Assembly: GCA_002104905.1 (NCBI GenBank)
Contig: MCFE01000043.1
Location: 124,001-188,000 of the forward strand
Origin: Basidiobolus meristosporus CBS 931.73
Taxonomy: Eukaryota; Fungi; Basidiobolomycota
Length of the DNA: 64,000 bases
Reading direction: 5' to 3'
Both the position numbers and the translations under genes were made by a program. Position 1 is the first letter of the stretch; each line of letters opens with the position of its first letter. Under the pieces are notes generated by a model. The model searched no databases. It saw only the letters and a list, made by a program, of their open reading frames with translations, and had not been told where the DNA came from. Shown piece by piece: positions 40,903 through 54,023 of this stretch.

Positions 40903-43900
40903 ATGGACTACGCAAACGTGCTGAAGGAACTGGAGGAAGCCTGTGCCGACTTTCATGTGAGTTGACCTGTGAGTGTGCGGTCTTCGCTTTCGTTGGTTAA
41001 TGGACTTTGCTTGTTCAGGTGCCCGCCACCAGAGTGGCTGCGGAGCAGACGTTGCTAGCCTTCCAAAAGACCCCCAATGTTCTACCCGTTTGCCAATACA
41101 TTCTCGGTAAGTCCTCCCTTCCCCCTTCCCCCGTCCCCTCGGCCTCCGCCTCCCCCTTCAAGCCGAGCAAACCCCCTATCCCACCCTTCGTCGCGCCTTT
41201 GCTCACAGGTTTCTTCATTCCACTCCACCAAGAACACGCCACCAACTCCATGTTGCTCTTCCACGCGGTCACCGCGATGAAGGAGTGCTTCGCTCGGGAA
41301 TACGCCGACCTGGACAAACCGAAGGTCACCGAGTTGAAGAATTATCTTCTCAACTACGTTTTCCAGAAACCAACGTGAGTCACCCTCCCCCTCCTCATTG
41401 CATCTGCTCTCCGTACCCTCGACGGAGCCTACCACCCCGACCCTACCAACCTCGCTGACCCGCTTCAACCACCAATCTAGCCTGGAAAGATATGTTTGTG
41501 AGCAGGTTCTTCAGGTGATATCTCTTTCCAAGCCTTAGCCACCCCGTTACCTCGACTCAACACCCTTTCTCAGGTAGTTGCGGTTATCATGAAGAGAAGC
41601 TGGCAGGATCTCTCGGACGAAGAGAAGGAGTCGGCCTTCCAAGGGATCCTTGGGCTTATCCAAGCCAATGCTCACGGGGTAACTGCAACCATGCTCTTGA
41701 CTCCGCAAAACCAGCCATTCACCCAATCCACCTTCCACAGCAAACCCTCGGGATCCGATTGTTCAGTGCGCTGACCGACGAGTTCTCCAGCACGAAGGCC
41801 AGCAGCATCGGACTATCCTGGGATTTCCATTTTGCCTGCAAACAATCCTTCGAGGTAGGCCATCATTCCCTTCCCCTTCCCCTTCCCCTTCCTCCGCAAC
41901 CATTAACTGACCAACTCACTTCCCTCGATCTAGCGCGTTTATCTTCGAAAAATCCTGGAGCAGGACTTGAAGATCCTGCACGAGCAGCTCAGCCGTGGAG
42001 ACGCTCTTCACGGGGCCAAATGCTCCGAGGGGCTGAAGGCAACGGTCTCGCTGGCGGAGCGGATCCTGACTTGGGAGTTTAGTGAGCAATGTCGGTTCAG
42101 CGACCGCCACGCCGTTCATCTAGTTCGACCTTACTAACCCATCTGAACTCTACAGGCGGTCAGCTCATGGTCGGCTCCTTCGGGGACGCCAGCGACGAGT
42201 TGGTGAAGAAGTTGGTCCTTCCGGAAGATTGGACCGAGATCCTGTTGAACCACGATGTGCTGAACCTCTTTTTCCAGGTAGGTCGCTTTCCATCTCTCGT
42301 GACTCACGGTCCGCGGACTGACCTCGGACGTGGCGTAGCTTTATACAGTGGTCCAGAGGGACGAGGGGGCCGCCAATCACTCTAGACAATGCCTGGTTCA
42401 GCTGTCCGGGCTTCGGGGGCCCATGTTCGCGAATGAGGAGGTTCTTTGCTCGTACGCTTCGTGCATGCTGAGAGGGCAGCTGCAGTTGATCACCAGGTAA
42501 GCATGTGTGGCTTATTTCGCCAGCCCACCCTCCGCTTACACCCATTCCCTCAGCCTTTCGGGCATGATCCACCAAGAGAACTTCGAGTTCGGGCCAGCAG
42601 TGTTGGGCGTGTGCGAGATGATCAATCGCTTGGTCGATACCGTCAAGCTGGCCGTGCTCTGTCAGATGTCGGAGTTCTTCCAGTACATGACGGAGATCGG
42701 CAAGCTCACCTCCACCTGCCTCCAGCACGCGGCAACCGAGGTTGATGATACCTGGAATATGGAGGCGTTCGATCAGCTGCTCGAGATGTGGGTCACTCTA
42801 GGTAAGTGCCTAAACCGTATGCGTGCCGCTGCTCGGGCTAATCCCGGCTAGTTTCCAAGGCCACCGACCCTTACCAGTCGGACGCCGAGCCTCTGAAGTC
42901 GTCCGGATTCATCCCATTCCTCACCAACGCCAGCTCCCACGTGGTTGAAGCCTACGTCCAGGTGCGTCTAGAAATAGCCAAGCAGTTCATCGAGGACTTC
43001 GACGAGGACGACGGGAATTTCAAAGACCAGGTAGGCCGCTTCTCCTCCCGTCTGCTCGTTGCGCCATACGCTGACCCATTCTTCCAGGACATGTACGCCG
43101 ACCAGCTGATCGGCGTTGCCACGCTGGCTCGCATGAATCCCAAGCAGTCGATCGAGGCGCTCGACGGCCTGCTGAGACAGAAGTTCGATCTACTTCGCAG
43201 CCATTACCAGTCCAGCCACGCCCAGTTCGGCGACCAGCATTCGGTGCTGTTTCACGAGCAGATCCACTGGCTCTTGCTGATCGCGGGTCATGTGCTGTGC
43301 GATGGCGGGCAAGGCGAGAAGCCACTCGTCCCTGACTCCCTCATGCGGCTTTCCGTAGCGCAGGACAATTCCGAAAACAACGCGATCGTCTCTCTTTCCT
43401 CCGCAGTGTTCTCGATGCTCGAGTTCCTGTCTCTGGACCCACATGAGCCAATGGTAAGCCGTCCTCAATCCACTTTCCATCGCTGCTCCTGACCGGCCCC
43501 TCCAGGCCACCTTCTGCAGCCCTCTAGTCGCCGAAACCCTCTTCTGGTTCATCGAGCGGTGGTCGCGCACCTATCTTCTCATCGAGCCGCAAGAATACAG
43601 CCATATCAGGTAGCGCAGCGTGCAGACCCTTGATCCCTGCAACCTACTCATTCTCCTCCTCCACCACCCCAGCGCCAGTCTAGCACAGGCGTTCGGAAAC
43701 GGCGTCGGCGGCCAGGCTATTCTGGTCGCGCTCGTTGACAAGCTGCAGAGCAACTTCTACCAATGGAACGCCGAGGAAGAGGTGTTGATCCAGGTAGATT
43801 GGCCATTCAGAACCTCCTCATACACAGCAACTAACCATGACAACCCAGCTGATCAAAATCATCAACACGTTCGCCAAGACCGCCAACATCAGAAACGCCC

Positions 43901-45723
43901 TCCTTGCGTGTGGTAAGTTCTTTGCCCGGGCCTCTCCAGCAGTTCGATCGCTCACTCGACGTAGAAAAATTCCCGGTTCTTATCCAGTTCTTCACTCAAC
44001 ACCTCGGAAACTTCCCGGAGATCGTTCACAGGTAGCTGGTCGGACAACGGCTCGATTCCACCGCAACTCCTAACCCATCCCAAGTGCTTTGATTCAAGCC
44101 ATCACTCTAGTCATCTCGGGTGCTTCGTCGGAGGTGCAACGCCAGCAATACTTTGGCCTTGTGACTGGCGCCGTGGAGGTAAGTCCCGCCATCCTGCCCA
44201 TGGATTGTTCAGCCCCATTCACCTCGGCCGAGTAGAAGCAATTCGTCGCCGTGCTCCAGCGCCCTGATTTCAATCAAGTCTACCAGAACTCCGATGTCAT
44301 TTCCCAAGTGCTGAACTCGCTTGATGTACGTATTCTTGTTCCCTGCCGCCCGGCCGTTGCTAACACCCCTGCCCCAGATGCTCGATGGACTGGCCTTGGC
44401 TGCCGACCCCTTCAACACCAAGTATATCCACGCGTTTGCTTCCCGATTCTTCGAAAGCCTTGCCCAGCTTCTCAATATTTATCAACGCCACCCTGAAGTG
44501 GAGATCCAGATCATCCAGCTGCTTTCGTCCTTGTGCAAATATCTGGTGAGTGCCGCGGAGTCTGTATCGTTCTGCTGCGTCTAACCCCCCTCGGAACTCA
44601 GGACTTTAGTGAGCTCGAGGCGCACCAGGTCAGAGACTTCTATCTGGTCATCGGAAACGCCATCAAGGTCTATTCTACCCAGAGCCTTAGTAAGCGTCTA
44701 TTCAACCTCAACCTCAGCCTCAACCCTCACCACGCATCTGCCCTAACCCCTCCCAAGACAAGGCCAGGGATCGCAATTACGACAAGCAGCAGGAGAACCC
44801 TTACCAAGACATCGTTGCCTTCACCAAGCTGTTGTTGGCTCTGATCGTCTCTGAGCCCTCGGCCGCCGACGTCGCCGAAATCCTCTTCTTCGGAACAAAC
44901 CAACTGATTCCCCTGATGACCTTGGAGATGCTCGAGGTTGGTGCCTCGATGTAATGTGGGTGGGTCCCCGTCGCGCTAACCTCGTCTTTGCTTAGATCCC
45001 CAAGATCTGCGGCGATTATGTGGAGCTTATTGCCCAGTTGATTGACCGTTACCACGACAGACTGGTCAACCTTCCATCCGACCTATTCGTAAGCCTGATG
45101 CAGTCCCTGGAGTACGCGCTCAGACAATATCCTTTCTATGCCAGACACCACTGCTAGCTTCGTGGCCCCTAGGCTCCTTGACTCGTGTCCCCACCCCTAT
45201 CTATGACATCTCTAGGTTAGCCTTCCAGTCCATAGCCTCCCTGGCCCTATTCTTCGCCAACAACCCCTCTGCCAAAGGTACGCCCACTGTCCAGCTTCCC
45301 ATTCGTCGCTCTGACTAACTTCCCTGCAGAGTTCCTCCTTCCGACCATGCGGAAGTTCCTGGACCAGATCATGAACATGCTGCTGTACGAGGAATTCGAC
45401 ATGGACTTGCTCGAACCGGCTAGCGAAGCCTTGTACTTGCTAATCGCTTCCCAACAGGTAGCCACCCCTTCACATGACCTGCCCTCGCACCCCGTATTGA
45501 ACTCCCTTCCACTTAGGAGCAATTGAGCGTCATCGCCCACACCGTCATTCAGCAACAAGTCAACCCGCAAGTCCAGGTGAGATTGTCCGGCTACTTCACC
45601 CACCTCCAGCAATCCATACCCGCGGTGCAAACGTATCCGCTGATGGCGAATTGCTCCGCCGGCTTCCGAGACACCCTCACGAAATTCTTGATGGACATTC
45701 GAGGTGTCTTGCGAGTCAAATAA
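40903..45723 (+). CDS. XPO4: Exportin-4 (importin-beta family), about 25 exons
   Basis: Manual splicing through ~24 short introns gives a continuous frame: LERYVCEQVLQVVAVIMKR, EFSSTKASSIGLSWDFHFACKQSFE, LPSDLFVSLMQSLE, ...FLMDIRGVLRVK*, resembling animal XPO4 as I recall it. Confidence 0.9.
45127..45194 (+). other. U12-type (minor spliceosome) AT-AC intron in XPO4
   Basis: 5' site ATATCCTTT, branch site TCCTTGAC (45175-45182), 3' AC 13 nt after the branch A; removal restores LEYALRHPIYDISRLAFQ, retention hits TAG. Confidence 0.92.
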
Positions 45724-47534
45724 TTCCAATCCTCTATAATAAACCTTTTGTTTTCTTCCCATGGATGTATCTGCCGGTACTCTCGCAGCTGTCCTGTGCT
45801 TAGGGGTCTGCTAACCTGTGAATTCATTTAGATACATTGGCTTTTTAGCATAGGGTGGTTGGTTCATACTCTTTCTTGAATTCCTTGAAATTCCCAATCA
45901 TGCCAGTTTTCCATAATACTACAGTTCAAACAAGAAGGATATCATTGTCTTGTATATATATATCATCAAAGTTGGTGAGTTCCACTCCTGATTCACTCCC
46001 CAGTTGTGAAGTTCCATCTGGTAAACCACTGTATTATAGTTATATAAAGGTAACCCAAATGCCTACATGCTCTATAGACATTTAGTAAACCAGCAGATTT
46101 GTATCATCGCACTTGTTTTCCAGGCCACTGCTAATACTCCTAATATCCTGCAATCAAGGCATCATGTACACTCTCTGGGATGTGTCTTATGATCCATCAG
46201 GATACATGACCTGAACTTCTTTACAGAAAGATCAAATACAACACAATTCCTGGAAACACACATCTCCAGAATCATTTTAAAATTTGATACTTTGATGTTG
46301 TTAGTACTTACAAAACATAGTCACATAATGGTTTGGCAAAGAAACCTTATAGAATGAGTCAAAGAAGGTCTCTTAAGTGTAGATGTAGAATTCAGAGTCA
46401 CAAGCAGATCTTTAAGAAATATTTCAAACAGGATACATGACATTTTGGCAGTAAAGGTTTCAAGTCTTTGCTTATTGTTGAATCTAGCAATAGCACCACT
46501 CCTCAGCATGGATCAAAGTTGCCAAATAGATGTCCAAACTCAAATATAAAATTACAATAATAAGATAAACTCAGTAAGCCTTACAATGACTGCAAAGAGT
46601 TAGCATGAAAACTGAGGCATACATACTAATCTCAGTTTTCTGGCAATTTCATGCTAATTACAACCTTGATTAGCCTCTATCAAATTATGTTACAGATCAG
46701 CACTAACCAATATATTAGGATCAGGAGAAAGTAAGGGAAGTGGACTGAATATTTTGTCTGGTGCAAGCTTCAGCCTAAGTAACTTATCAGCACAATCAAT
46801 ATAGCTTGTTTTTGGAGCTAGCCTAAGTTGCTGCCTTGAAAGTAAAGCTATGTGTCAGTTCAGGTCAATACTCTTGGTGTGTTCTTTTCTATGGGATGTA
46901 CTTGCATAAAGAAGGTTCCTGAATATCCACTGCTTTCTCATGTATGTCTATATTCACTCTATGCACAATGTGCTGAGGGATCTCAGTATACATTATGCTC
47001 TAACTATATCATATTACTAAACTGGCTTATTCAGCTGGGTATACTCTGTCTTAGCTTTCTATATGCTCTAATACATCTCAATCTTGCACAAACCATTATG
47101 TATAGACCCAGTTGTCCATCTATTTCTTCCTCTGCAAAGCTCCAAATTACTTACTAACCAAAATTTTTGCCATATATGCTTCTAGCAATTAGCTCACTAG
47201 ACCATAGAACAATACCCTCTATGTCTGACAGTGCCTAAACCTTACTGCTTGATAGTAGTTAATACAGTAACAGATCCAAAGAAAAAGAAGTTGACTACAG
47301 ACCAGGTAGATACCAGCTTAGTATCCAATGAATATCAATTTGGTCCTGCTGGTGGATTCAATCCAGTTCAACAATCAGGATTCTGCAATAAGGCCATGAC
47401 AGTGCCAGCAGTTTGGAATTCTTGACCCTCTTAACAGTATTATGGTGAGTTTGTCACAATGTTTTGCTCTCTTTATTACCAAATAAACTTATAATATTTA
47501 GACAACCTTAAAACAGGGTATTAATGGCATTAGG

Positions 47535-48345
47535 TGCTGCAAAAGTCATGGAGGAATTGGAAGTAACTGGGGGAACAAGTGAATAATGTTGCCTTCACTT
47601 AATGATCCAAGGAATGTAAAAGTGGTATTTATACTTTAAATGCTCTTGGCAACTCAAGCACATAAATATGCTCAGGGAGGTCCCAAGAACCTATGTGCAA
47701 GGTTTTGGGCTGTTTAGACAAGTTTGAGAAATTTCATGTTTTGGATAACTGATGATTTTGTGAGAATATTCAGAGTAAATACCAACAATGAGTTTGGTGA
47801 GGATTCTCTGGGATTTGCAGGTGACAATCTAAGTGACTAAGCTAAGTGAGTATTAGGTGCAATTACACATTTTTACAACACTCCCACTCATCTAAACACT
47901 CATATTAACTAGTTCTTATTGCAATCAAAGATATTCAAGTTTGTCACTAGCAACAGTGTGGTAAATATCTCTGCAATCATTTCATCCTTAGGACCATATG
48001 TTGTGGGAAAACAAGTAGATTATGTGATTTTCACTTAATGATTTATTGTATGTAAAAGTAGTATTTATACTTTTACATGATCTTGGCATAAAAACATGCA
48101 GAATAGGTTTAGGAAGGTCTCAAGAGCATGTGTGCAAGATTTGGGGCAGTTTGGATAACTTTGAGAACTTTCATGTTCTGGGTACCTGATATCTTGGTGA
48201 AAATATTCCAAGTAGTCCCAACATGGAATTTGGTCAGTTATTTTCTAAGATTTGTAGGTAATGATCCAAGTGACTAAGTCAGGTGATTATTCAGGTGGAA
48301 TTACAAATTTGTACAGCACCATAAGCAATGATAACTAAGTTAGTA
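47535..48345 (-). mobile_element. 3' end of a Copia element (RNase H tail, PPT, 3' LTR 47535-47880), interrupted by a solo LTR
   Basis: CTCCCACTCA (reverse PPT) at 47881; reverse complement resembles ~32215-32340. Confidence 0.85.
47999..48318 (-). repeat. Solo Copia LTR with 5-bp TSD CCATA
   Basis: CCATA at 47994-47998 and 48319-48323. Confidence 0.9.
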
Positions 48346-49036
48346 TAATGGTATATGGCTGAATGGATTAGGATTCTTACAATTCAAGGAGCTTGTTTCT
48401 GAGATCTTTTTTCCATTAGCAGGTGGTCCAAAATGGTGGTTAACAGCTCCAATATTTGCATTCTTAGCCTCATTTTGAGCAGCAGCAGATTTGGTAAAAT
48501 CTTCCTCTAGCAATCATTCAATAATGATCTATTTTTTTGCAATTCAAGATAATATTCTATCCAAAAGCTTGTCTAACAGTCAGCTGAGGTCATATGAGTA
48601 CATATAACAATATATTTCATTGTAGATCTGGACCCTCAATTGCTGGAATTACACAATTTTCTTCAGTAGTGGTAGAGCACCAACACATTATATTTCTTGA
48701 CATATTTACATGTCAGCTTGATAGACTCTCCTTCATAACTAGCTTGAGTAGTTACTGAATGAGTCTATTGAAGGCAAGGCATTCTTCTCCACAGCAATAT
48801 CCCCATTAACATAGTCCTTTGAACAGTGGTAGTTGTCTTTAACTTTGGCAGAGCAATAGTGTGGAGGTCTTTCTCCAGACTAGCAGAAAAGGATCCAAGG
48901 CAAAGTAGACACCAAGAGAACAGCAAGCTTGGGGCTCATAACCTGTTGCAATATTCTGAGGAGTATTGGAAGTGATGTGGAGAACTAGAGGATTTACATG
49001 TTATTCACTTGTAGATTTATTGATCAAGATAAATTT

Positions 49037-49314
49037 ATAGTCTACCAGCTGGCAAGTATATGCTATAAGGGCATATGGCCAAATGGATAAGGTGCCTGAC
49101 TATGGATCAGGAGATTCCAGGTTCAATCCCTGGTATGCTTGTTATTTTGCAACCAAGATTTTGTAGTCTACAACTATGAGAAAATGTTACATGCAATGAA
49201 TCAATGAAATACCATTGAAGGAGAGGTCAATTCATCAAGTGTGCCAAGTTCTTAGTCACAAAAGCATAACGTTGGTGAATAAAATATTGGCTTATCTAGC
49301 CAAACATAGAGTGA
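49037..49314 (+). repeat. Fragment of a third copy of the tRNA unit
   Basis: Near-identical to ~56344-56620. Confidence 0.93.
49069..49141 (+). pseudogene. tRNA-Arg(ACG) pseudogene (anticodon now ATG)
   Basis: Copy of 56375-56447 with CpG changes, including B-box GTTCGA>GTTCAA. Confidence 0.88.
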
Positions 49315-49781
49315 TGTTATGTCCTAAAAACGCAGATTGGAGTGATGAACTACTGATTGGTTGATTTGACCAATTTCAGACTGTGAAAATGAACTGTCTT
49401 TATTTAAGGTGAGTGTCACTTTTGATAGTTATTAGCTTGAAGCACTATGTTGCAGTTTGCACAGGATTGTAGCATGATTTCCAATTGCTTGTATCTTGGT
49501 CACTAGTTGAGCTCTGTCTTTGAAACTATATAGCATTAAGGCTTAGTCACTGGGCTATATATAGTGCAAATTTCATGTTACAGGTCTTAGTAATTTTAGA
49601 GTAAATAAAATATTTATCAATAGTTTGATTGTGTCACAAGTAATGACGGTGTGCTTCTGAAACTTGGTACATGTCTTTGGAATTGGTGATGATGCATTGC
49701 TGCCAAGTTTCAGAATTGTACATTCATGGGTTCCTCTTTGCATGGGCTGTTTCTATGGTAGTATATTTTTATTTTGTAACA
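49315..49781 (-). repeat. Gypsy-2 3' LTR (467 bp)
   Basis: TGTTA...TAACA termini; GGTGGAAAAG purine tract adjacent on the minus strand. Confidence 0.85.
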
Positions 49782-50805
49782 TACTTTTCCACCATAATTG
49801 GTTTCTTCTCCTGAAGTAACTTGTTGGCCTTCCTTATTCCACCAGAATTGCTTGTTGCTTTGTTCTTCTGGTGTCATTCTTGCCCTAGTGAGGTAGTTTC
49901 TGTGTACCAAGGTTAGTCTGACTTTGCCTTCCCTATCACACAGCTTAGTATGTGTTAAATGGGCATTTTTGGAGAACTTTGTATGTTCCTTTCCAGTTAG
50001 ACTCAAAATTTTGCTTTGTTTTGTTTTTAATGAGCACATATTCTCCTTCCTAGTAGTTCAGAGTGTTTGCATCTCTTGTCATAGCAGATTTTCAATCTTT
50101 CTGAGGCTCCTTTTGCTCTGGATATGGCTGCTGCTCTATTTTGGCCCAGTTCTTCTTGTTCTCTTGTCTTGTATTCTGCTAGGTCCTCAGGATCCTTATA
50201 TATCCCATAGATCCGGTTTCTGGGTGTCTCCTGGTATGACTGGGTGTCTTCCATACATCATGTAGAATGGGAAGTACCCAGTTGTGGCATGAACTCATAT
50301 TCTGCAAGCAAAAAGTGCCTGATTAATGAACTGGTCACATTTGTGTGTTGCTCCCTTGCAGTATTTGGTTAGCATTCTTCCAAAGAGTTCATTGAATCTT
50401 TCTATGGCTCCATTAGTTCTTGGACAGTAGGCCAAAGTCTAGGAGGTGGTTAATGTTCAGTAACTCCTGGTAGTGTTCCAGGGATTTTGCCATGAAGTTG
50501 GCACCTCTGTCTGTTAGAATTTCAGCTGGGCAACCATAGTTCATTTCTATTTCTTCATATATGAACAAGGCTACTTCTTTGTGGCTTGCTTCTCTGAATG
50601 CTCTTGCTACTGGCCACTTAGTGCAATGGTCTATTCCCACCAGGATCCATTGTTTTACAGAATTTGTTTTAGGTAAAACTCCAATAAAGTCAAGTGCCCA
50701 ATTTGTGGAATGGTTCAACTAGCAGTAGTGGATACATTTGCAAGTTGTTCTGGTGAGCATTTTGGGTGAGTTGGCACTCTGGGCAGGTGCAGACTAGGTG
50801 CTTAA

Positions 50806-51136
50806 TGTTGTAAAATTTGTATTTCCGCCTAAATATTCACCTAACTTGGTCACTTAGATCATCACCTTCAAATCCTAGAGAATACTGACCAAATTCCTTG
50901 TTGGATTTACTTAGAATATTTTCACCAAAATACCAGGTACCCAGAACATGAAAATTCTCAAAGTTGTCCAAACAGCCCCAAACTTTGCACACATGTTCTT
51001 GGGACCTTCCTTAACCTATACTACGTGTTTGTAATGCCAAGACCAGGTAAAAGTATATACTACATCATAATCATAAGTGAAACACATAATCTACTTGTTC
51101 TCCAATCACTTCCAATATCTCCAAGACTCTTACACA
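50806..51136 (+). repeat. Solo Copia LTR with 5-bp TSD CTTAA inside Gypsy-2 integrase region
   Basis: CTTAA at 50801-50805 and 51137-51141. Confidence 0.92.
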
Positions 51137-54011
51137 CTTAATGTCCTTTGACATTCTTGGCCACCAAGCTTTTCTAGACACTGTTTCTGTGGTCCATTTG
51201 ACTCCCAAGTGTCAAAATCCTTGGTGGTACTTGGCTATTAAGTCTGTTCTCATGGCAAATGGTATACATGGCACATTTCCTGCACTGGTTTTCTTGTAGA
51301 TTACTTCTTGGTGTTGAGTGGAAGTGTCTACTGTTTTCTGTCCACTTTTCTTTGGATTTCTGGTGTGGTCTGAGTTGGAAAAGTTCCTGACTCCCAATGC
51401 ACTAGTAGTAGTTCTGGCCAGTCCTTTTCTTCTTGTAGCATAAGTGTTTTCAATGTGGGGTTTCTGGAGAGGGCATCAGCAACATTGATTCTTCTTGCCA
51501 TTGAGGTAAACAATGTCAAAGTCAAATGTCTGTAGGTATTCTACCCATCTTGCTACTTGTCTGGAGAGCTGTTTCTGTGTCCACAAATGTCTCAGGGAGG
51601 CATGGTCAGTTCTAACAGTTACTTTGGTTCCTTCTAGGTAACATCTCCATGTCTTGAAGCATTTCACAGTGGCAGAGAGTTCCTTTTCAGGTACTGGGTA
51701 GTTCAGTTCTGCTGCTTGTAGTTTCTTTGACTCATAGGCAATGGGGTGTTCTCTATTGATGTCATAGGATAGTACCTCTCCAATTGCAAAATCCAAGGCA
51801 TCTGTTGTAACTGGGAATGGTTGCTCAAAGTCAGGGAAGGCTAGCACTGGGGTGTTGCTCAAGCAGTCCTTTAACTGCTGTCAGGCTGTTTCTTGCCTCT
51901 TGGTCCATAGGTACGGTTCTTTGTTTTGCAGGAGTTGTGTCAGTGGAGCTGCTATTCTTGAGAAGTCTTTGATGAACCTTCTATAGTAACTTGTTAGTCC
52001 CAGGAATGATCTTAGTTCCTTTACTGTTTTAGGGCTGGGCCATGTCTTGATAACTTCTATTTTCTTTGGGTCTGTTCTGAGCCCTTTTGCAGAGAGTATG
52101 TGTCCCAAATATTCCACTTCTTGGATGAAAAATTCATATTTCTTTGGGTTTGCTACAAGCTTGTGTTCTTCTAGGATCCTTAGTACCTGTTTCAAGTCCT
52201 TTGTATGTTGTTCCTCATTCTTACTGTATATCAGGATGTCATCCAGGAAGATGATTACAGATTTGTCCAGGAGATCCTTGAGTATGTTGTTCATAATTGT
52301 CATGAATGTGGCTGGGGCATCAGTGAGACCAAAGCTGAGTACTGTGAACTCATAATGTCCATATCTTGTTCTAAAGGTGGATTTTGAGATGTCTTCTGGC
52401 TTAATTCTGACTTGATAATACCCTGAAGTTAAGTTAATTTTGCTGAATATCTTAGCTCCTTGTAATCTCTCTATTAGCTCTTGCACTTTTGACAGTGCAT
52501 ATCTATTCTTGACTGTTACTGAGTTGAGAGCTTGGTAGTCTACACACATTCTGAGTGAGCCATCTTTCTTTGGTACAAAGAGGATAAGAGATCCCCAAGG
52601 GGAATTGCTTGGCCTAATGAATGCCTGTTGCAGTAGCTTGGTTATTTGATTCTTCAGAGTATCCAGCTCCTTGGGACTTAGGCTGTAAATGGGTCTTACT
52701 ACAGGCTTGGCTGTACTAGTGTTGATTTCATGATCCACTTCTCTAGCTGGAGGAAATTTGGTTAATTTTCCTGGAAGACCCTGGGGAACTTGCTGGCTAG
52801 ATCTTGTAAGATCTTAGGGAAGTTTCTTGGGGTGATTTCCTCACAGCATATGGGATGATGGTCAATGTCTAGCCGGGCTGCCTGGGTCATTTGGGTGGTG
52901 GTCATCAAAAATTTCCAAGTGCTTTTTTTTTTTCACAAGGGCTGTGTATAACCTTCCTTTTATCCTTACTGGTAGATATACTAGCAGAGTGGATTGGCTT
53001 TGTGTTTGTGCTGTCATTGACTTGGCCAAATATAATGTTTCCTTAGCTTGGAAGTGGTCATGGTCATAGCTTCCTAGTGCACCTGGCTGATCCATTAGAT
53101 TTGCTTGGGAGTGCTCTGGTGAGTTCTTACAGGCGGTTCCTGCATGTTTTTCTTTCTGATCACTTTGTCTTTTTCTACAATCTTTGATGAAGTAACCAGA
53201 TTTTCTACAGTAGTAACACCTGTACCATGTTTTTGAGTTACTAGGGTTGTCTGTCTGCTGTATGTGATCTAATTCCATGGGAGTGGGGCCTTTGGGGGTG
53301 TTCTGCAAATGATCTGGCCAGTTGTGCTGATTCTTCTAGGAGGATGTATGGTAGAAGTGTGGTTTGGTTGCCCATATGGAGTCATAGGTGATGGCATAGT
53401 GTATTGCTGCTTCTGTGGTTGTGGGGAACTTGTAGCTTACTTCTGCTTTTGTTCTTCCCTTGAGACCTTTTAAGAAGTAATGTATCCTATCTCCTTCTGC
53501 CATTTCAAAGACTTGTGCAAAGATGTTCTTGAAGTTTTGTACGTACTCCAATACACTATTTTTCTGTATGAGATTTTCTAGCTCAATTCTTAGTGTTCCT
53601 TGAAAGTTTGGGGAAGGAAGAAGCTTATGATTTTGGTATTAAAGGAGTCCCAACTGGGGAAAGCACAAGTGTTGCTTGCATTTGCTTGTAGTAACTTCCC
53701 TTGGTACCATGATTGAGCTGTGCCTTGTAAGTAACTTCCTATGATGGCTATTTTCTTGTTGCCATCCATGACATTCTTTGCTTGGAACACCTGTTCCACT
53801 TGCACAATCCAGGCAGTTATATTCCCTCCAGTTTTATCACTATAACTATTTAGGTGTATAGGGATTCTGGTATCTTGCCTGTTCATTTCGTTCTTCATTT
53901 TAGTACACAGTGTTAGCTGTGCCCAAAGGATACCTTCCAAGGTGTGTTGCCAAGTAGTAGATTCATCTGTGGGCATGTTTTCTTAATGGCTTCTACCAGT
54001 GATAATGTATA

Positions 54012-54021
54012 GCTGCTACCA
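54012..54021 (-). other. Gypsy-2 primer-binding site (tRNA-iMet 3' end)
   Basis: Minus strand TGGTAGCAGC is complementary to GCTGCTA+CCA of the tRNA-iMet at 59093-59164; 2 nt from the LTR. Confidence 0.85.
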
Positions 54022-54023
54022 AA

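Noticed and set aside
45089-45094. GTAAGC as a GT donor for the XPO4 intron near 45127
   Set aside because: The codons after it (VSLMQSLEY) match XPO4 family sequence, so the region is exonic; the AT-AC model fits better.
49300-49330. Ty3-like targeting of Gypsy-2 to a tRNA transcription start
   Set aside because: The site corresponds to a position 3' of both neighbouring tRNA genes, not at a Pol III initiation site.
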